A stretch of 64,000 bases of DNA from Eledone cirrhosa. Its lineage: Eukaryota. Of the stretch, positions 12,031 to 23,918 are shown piece by piece. The notes beneath the pieces were generated by a model. The model had not been told where the DNA came from. It saw only the letters and a list, made by a program, of their open reading frames with translations, and did no database searches. Where the stretch lies: the NCBI GenBank assembly GCA_964016885.1, contig OZ024743.1, positions 23,684,001 through 23,748,000 of the forward strand, given 5' to 3'. Made by a program: the position numbers and the translations under genes. The stretch's first letter is position 1. Every line of letters begins with the position of its first letter.

Positions 12031-13785
12031 GAAAGACGGTTTTTATGTTCAGTCCCTAGTAGTAGTATTAAATTGATACAACCTCCCTAGTGTTGGTGAT
12101 CTACACGATAAACACACCCAGATCACTCTGTAATGTGGTTGGTGATAGGAAGGGCATCAAACTATAGAAGCCATCACCACCCCCCAAAAAGGTCAAGAGC
12201 ACCCTTCAATTGTGTCAGCACCACGGCAATCTCACTAATGCTGGGCATCTACATGATAAACACACTCTGTAAAGTGGGTTGGGACAGGAAGGGTACCCAT
12301 CCATAGAAAATGTACCAAACAAAAGGTTGGATAGTCTCTTCCGTTCTATTAAAGATATGGCAACCTTCCTAGTGATGGTGTCACAATAAAATACATTTGG
12401 TAGAGTGTGGGAACATGTGAGATGTGGACCCTAGCCCCTCTGGGAAATGAACAGTTCCACTTGAGTACTGACTTCGTTTATGGCGACCTGTCCAACCCCT
12501 GTTCTAGCAGGGAGGATGAACATTAAATGATGATAATGAAGATCACTCAAAATAAAAATGAAATTGCTAGTATCAGTGAGCAAAATTTCCCTTAAATCAC
12601 ACTTTAACGTAAACAAAGGAACATCGTCATATTCTTGCTGTTTTTATATTTCCATGAATTGGAGGTGGCGCCTTTTAGACGTTTTTTCCATGTCCACATG
12701 CTCTTCCTCACACCAAGCCATACGTTAGTTTAAATTTGGTATATGTATCCCGTAACTCCTGATAGAGTCGTAGGAACGCCGTATTGACATACAGCGTTTC
12801 TCGGACATTTTAAACCTGGCGGTGCCCATCCATCTCCAGGCCTGAGTATAACAGATTTCTTCCAGAGAAAGATAAGAAGTGAGAAAGTGATATAGAGGAA
12901 GAATCGACCCCAGTACTTGACTGGTACTTTTTTTTATCAACCTCGAAAGGATGAAAAGCAAAGTTGACCTCGGCGGGATTTGAACTCAGAGAAGCAGAAA
13001 GCCGGAATGAATGCCATAAAGCATTCTATCTGACCTTCTAACAACTCTGCCAATTCTTTGCCTAAGTTTGATCACTGATAAATCATTACACTACTATATA
13101 TATTGTTCATAAAGGACGTAAACAAACTTTACCAATGGATTTTGTTTTAAGTTGTGTTGATATGAAGAGATTTGTGGTTCCAATTTTGCCTTTAGTATTT
13201 CCAGAGTCAATAAGTATCAACCACTATACAATATACGACCTTGAGTCTATGCTATAAATCACTACCATTGTTTTGTAAGTGTACAAACTGTTAATGATTT
13301 ATACTGTACTAAACAGAAATGCAAAGTTTAAAAGTCTGTTTAACCCTATCATTACTATAGTTCTAATGAAAAACATTGTCTTTAATTTTCAAAAAATTTT
13401 GAAAATTAATCAAGAATTTTGAGAGATTTAGTAACATATCAAACTTCCTCATTATTAAGCTGGTGTTTGGATCATAACTTAACAAAGGTTCTTGCATAGA
13501 AGGTTTTTAAATAAACTTTGTATCATAGAACCAGGGGCAGATATCCAAATGATTAGTTTAATTGTTAAAATATTGTTGATTGCTAGAAAGATCATCTATT
13601 TTGGAGCTGAATGGCAGAATTGCTGCAGTGAGGTAAAAATCTTATATAGAAATCTTATTAGTTATTAGACCTGATGTACTTTAAATGGCTAGAGAGTACA
13701 AAAAAGTACAAACTCCTAATTGATTCATAGTACAGATATATATATATAATATATAAGATCAAAAGATGGTTAAATGAATTCCATG

Positions 13786-13856
13786 TATTTTATTATGCGC
13801 ATTTCAAAAACAAATATCATCATGCAATAACATTTGTGTTTTCATCAGATAAAATA
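13786..13856 (-). ncRNA. Type-I hammerhead ribozyme, mirror copy in the left IR arm
   Basis: Exact reverse complement of 13931-14001. Confidence 0.88.
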
Positions 13857-13930
13857 GGAGGACATGATATGAAGGTTGATTTAAAACTGCACTATCCACA
13901 AGTGTTTTTAACCTTCATATCATGTCCTCC

Positions 13931-14001
13931 TATTTTATCTGATGAAAACACAAATGTTATTGCATGATGATATTTGTTTTTGAAATGCGCATAATAAAAT
14001 A
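13931..14001 (+). ncRNA. Type-I hammerhead ribozyme (intact core)
   Basis: uauuuuau-CUGAUGA-aaacacaaauguuau...augauauuuguuuuu-GAAA-ugcgca-UA-auaaaaua. 8-bp helix I, 14 of 15 pairs in helix II, palindromic helix III; predicted cleavage after 13993. Confidence 0.88.
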
Positions 14002-14125
14002 CATGGAATTCATTTAACCATCTTTTGATCTTATATATTATGTATACTCCAGTCCTACAAACTGTAGAGTGCTTCTTATCCGATATCTGCATTGCTTTAT
14101 TGTACTACAATAAAACTCACCTCCT

Positions 14126-14201
<76 letters not shown>

Positions 14202-14259
14202 GCATATACGGTATGTTTATGTAAAATAATCTTATGTAAATTTTGCTATGATCATGTCA

Positions 14260-14380
14260 CAACTATCTCAGTAACCACGTGAGGACGCCAGACAAGTGTT
14301 TCAGGATTTTTTTAGTCATCATCAGTAATATTTTCTCGCTCGATACTGAGATTGGAATAAAGTATAACTTATATACCTTT
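14260..14380 (-). ncRNA. Hammerhead-containing repeat (core intact, helix II damaged)
   Basis: Minus strand CUGAUGA (14319-14325), GAAA (14299-14302), cacuug-UC; homologous to 23821-23945. Confidence 0.6.
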
Positions 14381-14484
14381 TTACTCATAAATCATCTGCT
14401 GGAGAAATTCATTTGTATACAGTTCTCGTTCGACATGGCTGGGATTAATTAGCAATAACACTAATTAGTTGAAAATAAACCACT

Positions 14485-14802
14485 CCAACCCATACTGTAA
14501 AGTGGTCGTGATGGCGACACAGCAAAAAGCGCCCAGTCCACGCCGTAAAGTGGTCGTGATGGCGACACGGCAAAATGTGCCAAGCCCACACTGTAAAGTG
14601 GTCGTGTAGGCGTCACAACAAAGAGCACTCTGTATCCACTGTAAATGTGGTTGGCGCTAGGAAGGGCATCCAGCTGTAGAAACCAAGCCAAAATCAGTTT
14701 TGTATGAACAAGACATGGTCACCTGACCTTGCATTGCTCATAACAGGATAACTTGTCTAACCCAATCCAGTGTGGAAAAGTGGACGTTAAACGGTGATGA
14801 TC
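14485..14802 (+). mobile_element. RTE LINE 3'-tail-derived repeat with internal ~48-bp tandem units
   Basis: Three to four CTGTAAAGTGGTCGTG..GGCG.CAC units, then TGGTTGGCGCTAGGAAGGGCATCCAGCTGTAGAAACC and a GACGTTAAACGGTGATGA end. The same tail terminates the LINE at 37822-39445; other copies at about 4170, 12130, 41160, 51700, 60690. Confidence 0.75.
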
Positions 14803-15972
14803 AAAACGATATCTTAATGTGTTTTAACAGCTGTTGTGTAATGTTATTGTTTTGTTGTTTAGCCATAGGTCAGGCCTGGATGACCAGCCATATAATCATC
14901 TTTCAGCCGTGACCACTCTGTATTTTTCCTATGTGCAGGGTGCCCAGAAAGCATATCCAATGTGTCGTTTCTAAGAAGGTTAGGTGTAGATAGAGAGATT
15001 TGACTGCTATTTCTAGCATAGCAGGCGGTCGTATTGAGATCCCTTAATTGACTTGTTTTGTGTTTTGTCCTTAAGGTGTGTGTGTGGATTAAATTTATTG
15101 TTAATTCTTGTTAACTCAGAAGTGAAAGATGGGTTCACATATTTATATTTTCTCGTTTATGCTCTTTTTTTTGTTGTTCTTTTTGTACTAAGTTCGTTTA
15201 TGTTTAAAGTGTAAACTTCTACTTTTATCATACAAAGAAGATGAAATAAAGAGAATTGGTAAGCGGGCTCGTAGCCAATGAAAGGGGAGAGCACTGCCCA
15301 TACACACTTTTCAATTGTGCACCCTCAGATTTAGAAAACATTTATTTATTCCGAAACTTCAAATTAGAATTATTGTGTCTTAGAGTGCCCACCCAGAATG
15401 TTCTGAAGGCTCCCCACCTTCCTCAACCACCAAAGCCACTACACATCCACTAATGTGTAGTTTAATGTGTGTGAATCTCTTTGATTAGCAGCAAATACTT
15501 TCCCTCAGTCACTACTATTTCAAAGTTGAATGTTAGTGATAACATGATGGTTATTTACTCTAAATATTAAAAGAAAAATAATAATATTCCTGTGATAAAA
15601 CAAATGTCGCAATTTTTTCAAAATATATCATTCTACTTGGGTGTACAAGAATGTATATGAAAGGAATTTTCCCTTTTTATATCTTCCCCTCCACACACAC
15701 CAACAAGAGACGGATGGATTCTGCAAAATGTCTATATTGTTTCCAAATAAACTAAATGTTAGTGTATCTAAAAGTTATTCAATTTTTTTTCTCCACATAC
15801 CAATGCCTACATAACTGAATAGATAGCATATATGGTATATTTACAGGCCAACTAACTAACAAATGTTTTTGTTTTAATCCTTTGGAATTTTTCCTCTGCA
15901 AAGCTTCTTAAGTTGTTTTTCTTGCGTGTATGTGTGTCCCCACCTCCGTGATGCGTTCAATGTCAATGACAG

Positions 15973-16108
15973 GAAGTATAGATCATTCCAATTGGTGGAA
16001 AGTAGGTGATGCTTGCCTGCTTCAGCAGACTCACCATCATCGTCGTGTCACTGTATCTACGCCACCTCATTCTTCATTCGTCGCCATCAGGCACAGCAGG
16101 AAAGTCAG
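15973..16108 (+). CDS. Candidate exon of an unidentified gene
   Basis: Non-repetitive, GC-richer island bounded by GACAG| and CAG|GTATGC; open frame GSIDHSNWWKVGDACLLQQTHHHRRVTVSTPPHSSFVAIRHSRKV with in-frame ATGs just upstream. No recognised homology. Confidence 0.25.
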
Positions 16109-17563
16109 GTATGCAAGTCAAACAGCTATATGTGTGGATAGACGCCCTCAAAGGTTGTTATTCTCAGTTTGGAATTACAAGAATGGTAACAGCATGCTAA
16201 TTCTTCAAACGTATTGCATACCAGAAGATATATTCTATAAATTGGAGCTATGCTTCAAAGAAAGAAGCATTCTCTAGAAGCTATTGTTCAAAAGTAATAT
16301 TCTATGGTGACTGTCTACCATCTGTCTAGTGAGAATGTTTTTTGTTAATCATATTTTTTTTAAATCTTATATTTTCCTACAGTATATATTTTTGGAAGTA
16401 TAATAACTTAGTAGTGCGACAAGGGAGCTTCTATGCAGGTACTCCACTTGTTGGATATAACAGCCAAATCTCCCTCAAATTATGCTCTATTGTCTTATAT
16501 TTATATTATTTTTAAAAAAAACGAATAGGCTACTTTGCAGGTCCCGGTAAAATAGACAATTATGCTTTTTAAGCTTATTTTACCGGCCACCGGTAAATAT
16601 GAAAAGCGTTAGTGGTGAGTTTGGGATTTAGTTAGGGTTTAAATTGTCTTAATAATTAATGGTGAAAATAAACTTTTGTATTAAATTTGTGTTGCTATTT
16701 TTATCATTACCTGCCATCATAATAATTGTTTCTACTTTAGGCACAAGGCCAGCAATAACCCAGTGCATTACTGGTACTTTATTTTATCGACCCCGTAAGG
16801 ATGAAAGGCAAAGTCAACCTCGGCGGGATTTGAACTCAGATCGTAAAGGGACGTAACTGCCTTCATAATAATGGTTTCTGATTTAGGCACTAGGCCAACA
16901 ATTTGGGGAGAAGGGAAAGTCAATTAAATTTACCACAGTGCATTACTGGTGCTTTATTTTATCGAACTCGTAAGGATGAAAGGCAAAGCTAACCTCGGCG
17001 GGATTTGAACCCAGAGCGCAAAGAACCGGAATGAACACCACAAAAGATTCTATCTAACGTTCTATTAACTCTGCCAATTTTCCGCCTTAGAGCCGTTACT
17101 AGAGATCAGAAACGAACATGTTATTACAATGGTGAGCGCTCTTGTCAGTAGCTTAGTGGTCATGATTGACCTGTCTAATAACCAAGGGAACCTTCATCCA
17201 AGGTACATCAAGAGATGGGGTTGAGAATGAGTTAGTTTATTATTTCACATTAAAACCTGAATAATTTGATAAATGTGGCATCGATAAGTTTGTTGTCAGA
17301 TGGTATAAAGCTATCTATCGAAAGCAATGGAGAATATGATGGTTAAATACAGCCATAAATAACTATTATTTTGATTTGCAGAAATATATGTTAAAATGTG
17401 GCACCACTTACGATCCAGTCCCTGATATACTCGTGTGTGTCTAAAATTTATATTAATCTTTATGGTATTGAATACTCGTTCTCGCGACAGACATTTGTTC
17501 TAAATGAATTTGTTGAGCAAATTGTAAGCAAGACCGAAATCTCTGGATATCGATCTAAACTCT

Positions 17564-17599
<36 letters not shown>

Positions 17600-17604
<5 letters not shown>

Positions 17605-17920
17605 TATTTTGTTTTAGTCGCATTTATTCTCAGCCCCACCCACACTCATCGACACAGTCTCAACTTCCTGCATCAAATCCTCTTCCTCCTTCACTGTATT
17701 TGTCACCAAAACTATGCCGTCGGCAAATTCAGCATCTGATATCTGTTTCGCCTTAACTCTCCTGCTCTGAGCCGGTGCTACAGTAAAGCCAGAGTCCTGG
17801 TGTTTCTCCAGTGCAAGGCGCATACAATAGGCCACTACGATGATAAAAAGGTAGGGAGCCAATGTATCTCCCTGGAGCACTCCAGCCAGTATCTCAAAGA
17901 ACTCTGTCATCCCATCAGAT
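17600..17920 (-). mobile_element. LINE reverse transcriptase fragment (inverted part)
   Basis: TEFFEILAGVLQGDTLAPYLFIIV...SRR...DAEFADGIVL...GLRINATKTKY. Confidence 0.9.
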
Positions 17921-18120
17921 AGTGGATGGATGCTACACGAGAATGCTGAGGATGGCTCTGAACATTAATCAGTATACAGCTCAAAAGTGACACAGAGGAG
18001 ATTGAGGTTAGCTGGACATCCAGAGTTGACATTGCACTCAGTGCTCCTGTGGGAGCCCCTACATGGACACACTGGAAGAGGAAGACCAAGGTTTCTGCGT
18101 TCACAGATTGATTTTTTTAG
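17921..18120 (+). mobile_element. LINE C-terminal fragment (non-inverted part)
   Basis: VDGCYTRMLRMALNI...RRLRLAGH...VLLWEPLHGHTGRGRPR, an RTE-type C-terminus. Confidence 0.8.
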
Positions 18121-18859
18121 TTTCAGAAGATCCCGTTAAGGGTGAAAGCAGCGATTCTTTGCTTAAACTTTAATCTGATATTTTAATATATAATATAAGC
18201 GAGGCAAGCCAGCCCAGTTGAACTTCTTGCCAATAAACATTAACCCTTTGTGCACCATTCATCTAACTGTAGACCAACAAATACCAACTAAACGGAGCAT
18301 TGACAAGAACGATGGCGAATGAATCTTCGAGGTAAGCAGTTTCCTCCCAAGCTGTTAGTTCACGCGGGATTCTCTGCTACACCTTTTCGTAATAATACTG
18401 AACAACGTACTGCTGGTCACTCCTTCCTCCAAAAGCCGTACAAAGCGGACATGTGCATCGGGTAGATGGATCGGGTGCAAATCTACACCAGGCCTACGCG
18501 AGAAATTCGCAAGGGACTGCACCGAGAGGGATAGAGAGAAAGAGTAACTTAGTGGAAAGAGTACGAATGAACTTTTGAGGTAAGTAGCCCACGCATTACT
18601 GCTATGACACTGGAACCTTCTGCCAACTTAACCTGTGACTTTCTCTTTCACATTTACTCCAAAAGGCCAAAACAGAGGAGTATGAAAAGAAGCTCAACAA
18701 TATTTCTATGAACAATGCACGTAGACAACTAAACTGTACTTTCAACTTCTTAATTTTCTCCAAATAAAACAAGTTTCCTGTCGGTATATTTTCGTGAGTT
18801 TTTAACAGGCACTCACAAATAAACGTCTCTCATTGGAGGTGCTATTACCAATGTTCTTA

Positions 18860-18888
18860 CCCGTGCAACGCCGGGATACACTGCTAGT
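18860..18888 (+). mobile_element. Helitron 3' terminus
   Basis: GC hairpin CCCGTGCAACGCCGGG, 8 nt, then CTAG followed by T. The 5' end was not located. Confidence 0.65.
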
Positions 18889-19464
18889 ATATATATATAT
18901 ATATAAGTTTGTGTGTGATTCCATCCATAACACGAACCCTCTTCCGTACACGTTGACACACACAGTCCAACACTTTTTTAAATTCTCAAATCTACTGAAA
19001 CAGCCGCATTCATGTTTGTGAGAATTCGTATTTACACTTGCCTTTGCGCTCTCTCTCTCTTAGTCAACCGTGTGATCGTGAGTATGGAGGCAATTGCATG
19101 CAGACTCACACACACACATATGTACATACATACACACGGATAGGAATGAAAGTTCTAATTAAGGTACGTTGCCAGAGATGAAAGTGATGACGTCAAGGTT
19201 CATCTTTGTTGATCAGCTCTTTAACGACAATGTCCACTCTTTCTTCAAATGTTCCTACCTTCCCCTCTCCCACACCATTCTTTACAATGGAATGTCAACT
19301 ATATGTAGTATGTAAACTCACTTGCTTGGCAACGACACCTTCCTCGTCTTTCACTGCGCTTTTGAAACTGGTATGATATAATGGAGCTAGCGCTGATAAT
19401 TGCTTGTGACTCAATTGTTTAACATGTGGGGGATTTAAAATTATATACATACATATGTGTGTGT

Positions 19465-19514
<50 letters not shown>

Positions 19515-20384
19515 GGACACACACACACATATATATATATAAAGCACGCAAAGATGTACAAACAAAACAAAAGTTAATTTTAGAATCTTGTCATTTTTTA
19601 ATAGATCTGATCTATTTTGGACATTGATAATTGGTTATCAGAACAGGAGGGGAATAGGATTGGTAAATTAGTATGTATTATATAAAATATTCGTTATATT
19701 TTCTTAGAGCGCCAGTAGTTAGGGTCGTCTGGCATTGAACAGATAGAGCGGTGATTCTTTCTGGCACAGTCAGATATGTTTGCAATAAAACAAAAATTAA
19801 AAAAGAAAGAAAATACCTTGAATAACGAATGTAAGGGAGTGGGAGATCTCAGCTGTCTCATGAACAAAATGGCGAAAGCATTGTCTCAGAAAACAACCAG
19901 TGGCACCCCCCGCGTAAGCCACTTCACCCTAAAGGTTTCCTTCCTCTTGCGTGATGCACTCCTTCTAATGGTGCGGAGGAAGACGGCAGTTTGGGGGCTG
20001 AGTACAGCAGAAGCCTCGACGACGACCGGCACGAAAAGACAGCGGTCAACCAAGTCCTGGTATTTGGCTTCCTCTCCTTCGTGTTACGCGATCAAAACAC
20101 TTCATTTTCAAATGGACTTCTTCACGTAGTTGGGAGGAAATGATGGGAATGGGCTGCATGGTAAGATTGGTTTCTTATATAGGCACAAGGCCAGCAATTT
20201 TGGGGGAGGGGACAGTCGATTAAATCGACCCAGTGCGTGACTGGTACTTTATTTTATTGACCCCGTAAGGATGAAAGGCAAAGTTAACCTCGGCGGGATT
20301 TGAACTCAGATCATAAAGGGCCGTAACTCTATACTGGCTGGATGGTAAGATTGATAAATGTTTCTTTATTTTGAAGGTTGAGGT

Positions 20385-21280
20385 CAACGAACAGGATTGA
20401 CATGCGCAGTCGGGTCGGAAGTAGTATCATGACGGGCGGGTGTAAAATAAGTTGGCTGGAATTTGCAGACGACATGATATTACTTAATTCGTCGGTGGAT
20501 TGGTAGTATCGGTAGAGGGTCGGACGCCATGCTTTCTAGCATAGTTACGTCCCTTTACGATCTGAGTTCAAATCCCGCCGAGGTTGACTTTGCCTTTCAT
20601 CCTTACGGGGTCGATAAAATAAAGTACCAGTGAGGCACTGGGTAGTTGCTGGCCTTGTGCCTAAAGTAGAAACAATTACTTAATTCGTCAGAAAGTGATC
20701 TCCGACATGCACGTGATAGGTTTGATGCTGAGTACTGCATGGCTAGAATGAAAAATCAGTACTGCGAAGACTGAGACACTCGTCCTCTCAAAGAAGCCTG
20801 CGCGGTGCACTCTACATGTAAATGGAGTTCCACTGAAGCAGGTGGAGAAGCTCAAGTATCTCAGGGTCGCGTTCACGAGGGATGGGAGGCAGGAGGCTGA
20901 ATTAAGTGCAGGAGCTGGTGCAGTAATGCGCCAGCTTCAGCATTCGGGAAGTAGTTGTAAAATCCAAACTTGCTACCTTCAATTCAGTATTTGTGCTAAC
21001 CCTTACCTATGGTCATGAATCTTGGGTAATAACCGAAAAAATACGATCGCAAATACAAGCGGCTGAAATGGGGTTCCTCCGAAGAGTCTGTGGAGTAACG
21101 TTAGTCGATCGATTGCCTAGCTCGGAGATCAGAGCCTCACTCCAGGTAGAGCTGATACTTCTCCGAATTGAGAGATCAAAGCTCTGATACGACGTGGTTA
21201 GAATGTCCCAGGGAAGAATCCCTGGACCGATTTTACGACAGGAGACCCAGGGATTGACCCCGAGCAAGATGGAAATTTAA
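20385..21280 (+). mobile_element. Decayed RTE-clade LINE fragment, split by a SINE
   Basis: LEFADDMILL, LKQVEKLKYLRV and LTYGHESWVITEKIRSQIQAAEMGFLRRVCGVTLVDR; paralog of 2650-3085. The GC-rich 19850-20110 may be its 5' region. Confidence 0.88.
20494..20674 (+). mobile_element. Full-length SINE with 15-bp target-site duplication
   Basis: ATTACTTAATTCGTC at 20479-20493 and 20675-20689. Confidence 0.92.
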
Positions 21281-23530
21281 GGTTTTCGTTGAATATTTCA
21301 TATTATATATTTCATGAACATCCATATGCTTTGTACTGTCTCTTTGCGGGGTCGATAAAATAAAGTACCGGTTAAAAATTGGGGTCGATGCAATCGGCTT
21401 TCCCCTCCTCAAATTACTGACCATTGGCAGTATCGGTAGAGGGTCGGACGCCATGCTTTCCAGCATAGTTACGTCCCTTTACGATCTGAGTTCAAATCCC
21501 GCCGAGGTTGACTTTGCCTTTCATCCTTACGGGGTCGATAAAATAAAGTACCAGTAATGCACTGGATAATTGCTGGCCTTGTGCCTAAAGTAGAAACAAT
21601 TATTACTATTAAAGCTCTAAAGTAGTCAATATGGCAGAGAACCTTGCTAAATATTTTGTGCTATTTAGTTTTAATCCCAATCTCCCGATTGAGTAGGGAT
21701 GGAGAACTTTTCAATCTGAAGAACCATTTTTAGCCTTTCAAAAATAATTTATACTATCGGAGCCTGTTATACAAAAAAGAAAGAATTTCAGAAAACATGA
21801 ATCTAACGACTTTTTCCTCTTGCCCAATGTGAATTTTCGTTTTGAATCTTTTTTCAAATTGCTTCAATGCCCGGGTCATACATAAGTCGTGGCTTTTATT
21901 TTAACACAAGTAAAGCACAGGGCCTCATTTATCCCAGCACTGCGTTGGGGCACCATAGTGACATACAGCATGTCTTGGGTATTTTTTAACCTGACAAAGT
22001 CCACCCACCCCCTAAGTTTGAACACAGTCGATTTCTTCGAGCGAGAGAGAAAGGTATAGAGGAAGAATCGACCCCAGCATGGACTAATACTTTTTTAAAT
22101 CGACCTCAAAAGGAGGGAAAACAAAGTTGACCTCGGTAGGTTTTGAAGTCAGCTCAGAGAGTGGAGGATTACTGCAATGTATTCTATCCAATGCTGTAAC
22201 AACTCTGGCAATCATCCGTCTTTGTGTAGACATCGATATTATGTCGCTTTAATATCTGAGTTTAAATACCACCGAGATTGATTTTTTTTTTTACTTTTGA
22301 GGGGGGATGGGAGGGTACTTAACTAAATACCTGTAATATACTTAGGGTGTATTCAATCAACGATACCGTCTTCCCTTGAAATGTGTGGCTTTGTGCCAGA
22401 GGTAGGAAACCATTGTTATTGATGGTAACCAGAGATTAGAGATGTGAGGAGAAAACTGGGGGGGGGGGGGTCACCCCCCTCACACGTGTACACACACATG
22501 AATGCATATTTAGGTAAACATATGTGTATGTTGCAACAAAGCCAAGTGGCTGACGCTGTATTGCAGTGCGTTTAATCTGTTTTCACACTATAAGTGACAA
22601 TTGCACTATTGTGCCTCTTCTGTCGACATTAACCAAGAATGATAAGAATTTCTGCTATTCAATATAACAACAAACAAACAGTCGCAGTGAAACAGCCTAG
22701 TTATTATTACCCCACCCGTATATTTTAATGGCGTTGCTTTCTGCCGTTGTCTTTCTCTTAAATGATGAAATGAGAAAGGAGGTGGGAGTAATTGGTATAG
22801 TTCTCACTAGATATATATTATCTTGTGTAAAAAAAAGGAAAGAATCTATGTAAACAAACGAGAGTATTGAGAGCGTAAACATTGAAATCCCAAAAAGAAA
22901 TCGAACCTATATTTTCTGGATAATAATTATAACTATGTAATGTTGTTAGTGAGAGAAAGAGAGTAGATAGAATCGCTAGGGCGTTGAATAAAATACTTCA
23001 GGGTATTTGATCCGATTTTCCGCATACCGAGTTCAATACTTGGCCATTTTGACCGTGGGGTGCAGCTGAAACACCGCTCAGACTGAAGTGTAGTGTCTGT
23101 CCCTCTCCCTTTCTTTTGTTGCTTAATTCTTTCTTTCTTTTTGTTTCCTTTAATAGTATGTTTTGTTTTTGAATAAATAAATTTTCCTTGAAATAAAAAA
23201 AAAATAATGATACTAATTCTGTCAAGAAAAAAAAATAGAAAATATATATATAAAAAAAGAAAGAAAGAAATACGCTAATTTGTAGATATACGGCATAAAG
23301 CAAAATATCACTTCTAAATAGAGTTAATTGAAAGGAAGTAAATGTCATGTGAAACAGATATTTTATGGTGATAATTTCAGTTATAAGGATACATTTGCGG
23401 TTAACATATCTCATTTCTACACTTAACTCACCCGAACTGAGTGCTCATTCAGTTAATGCTTGAATGTTGGAAATGCTACGATCTTTTAAACACATATTCT
23501 TATATTATATATATACACACACACACACAC

Positions 23531-23764
23531 ATAGTTGTCCCTCGGTATTCGCGGGGGTTACGTTCCCAGAGTACACCGCAAATATTGGACGTGGTCCATA
23601 AAAATGTTTATAAACGTCAAAACATAAAATATTCGCCGGCAAATACGGTATATTGTTATTAATAATTTAGCTTTAAAAAACGTGCGAAAATTTATTTACG
23701 ATTCCACGAATAATTATTATTTAGGTTCTAAGGGAAAATCCGCGAATGCCGAGAGCACACTGTA
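23531..23764. mobile_element. Tigger/pogo-like MITE
   Basis: TAGTTGTCCCTCGGTATTCGCGG ... CCGCGAATGCCGAGAGCACACTGTA imperfect terminal inverted repeats ending in TA. Confidence 0.7.
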
Positions 23765-23835
23765 TATATCTTTAACAGTAGCACTAACATAACGTGGTTC
23801 GTAATAGAGGAGTGCATGACATCATATCACAGCTC

Positions 23836-23918
23836 TCTCAGTAGCCGGTGAGTATGACAGACGCATGTTTAGGGATTTTTATCCCTCATCGGTAACATTT
23901 ACTCACTCAGTACTGAGA
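23836..23918 (-). ncRNA. Hammerhead-containing hairpin (variant core)
   Basis: Minus strand auguua-CCGAUGA-gggau aaaa auccc-UAAA-caugcg-UC-ugucau, inside an extended helix I (gtgagta/tactcac, tctcagta/tactgaga). Confidence 0.6.

Larger units (their letters stand above)
13746..14041. repeat. Perfect inverted repeat: 132-bp arms, 32-bp spacer, flanked by (TA)n
   Basis: 13746-13877 is the reverse complement of 13910-14041, with no mismatch seen. Confidence 0.95.

Noticed and set aside
14485-14650. CRISPR-like regularly spaced repeats
   Set aside because: Whole ~48-bp units repeat without unique spacers, no cas genes are present, and the sequence is part of a LINE 3' tail in a eukaryote.
21424-21505. 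tRNA genes suggested by A/B boxes
   Set aside because: These are SINE heads that continue into the SINE body; no cloverleaf.
23040-23090. tRNA-Sec-like GGGGTGCAG motif within local hairpins
   Set aside because: No UCA anticodon arm, T-arm or acceptor stem could be built.
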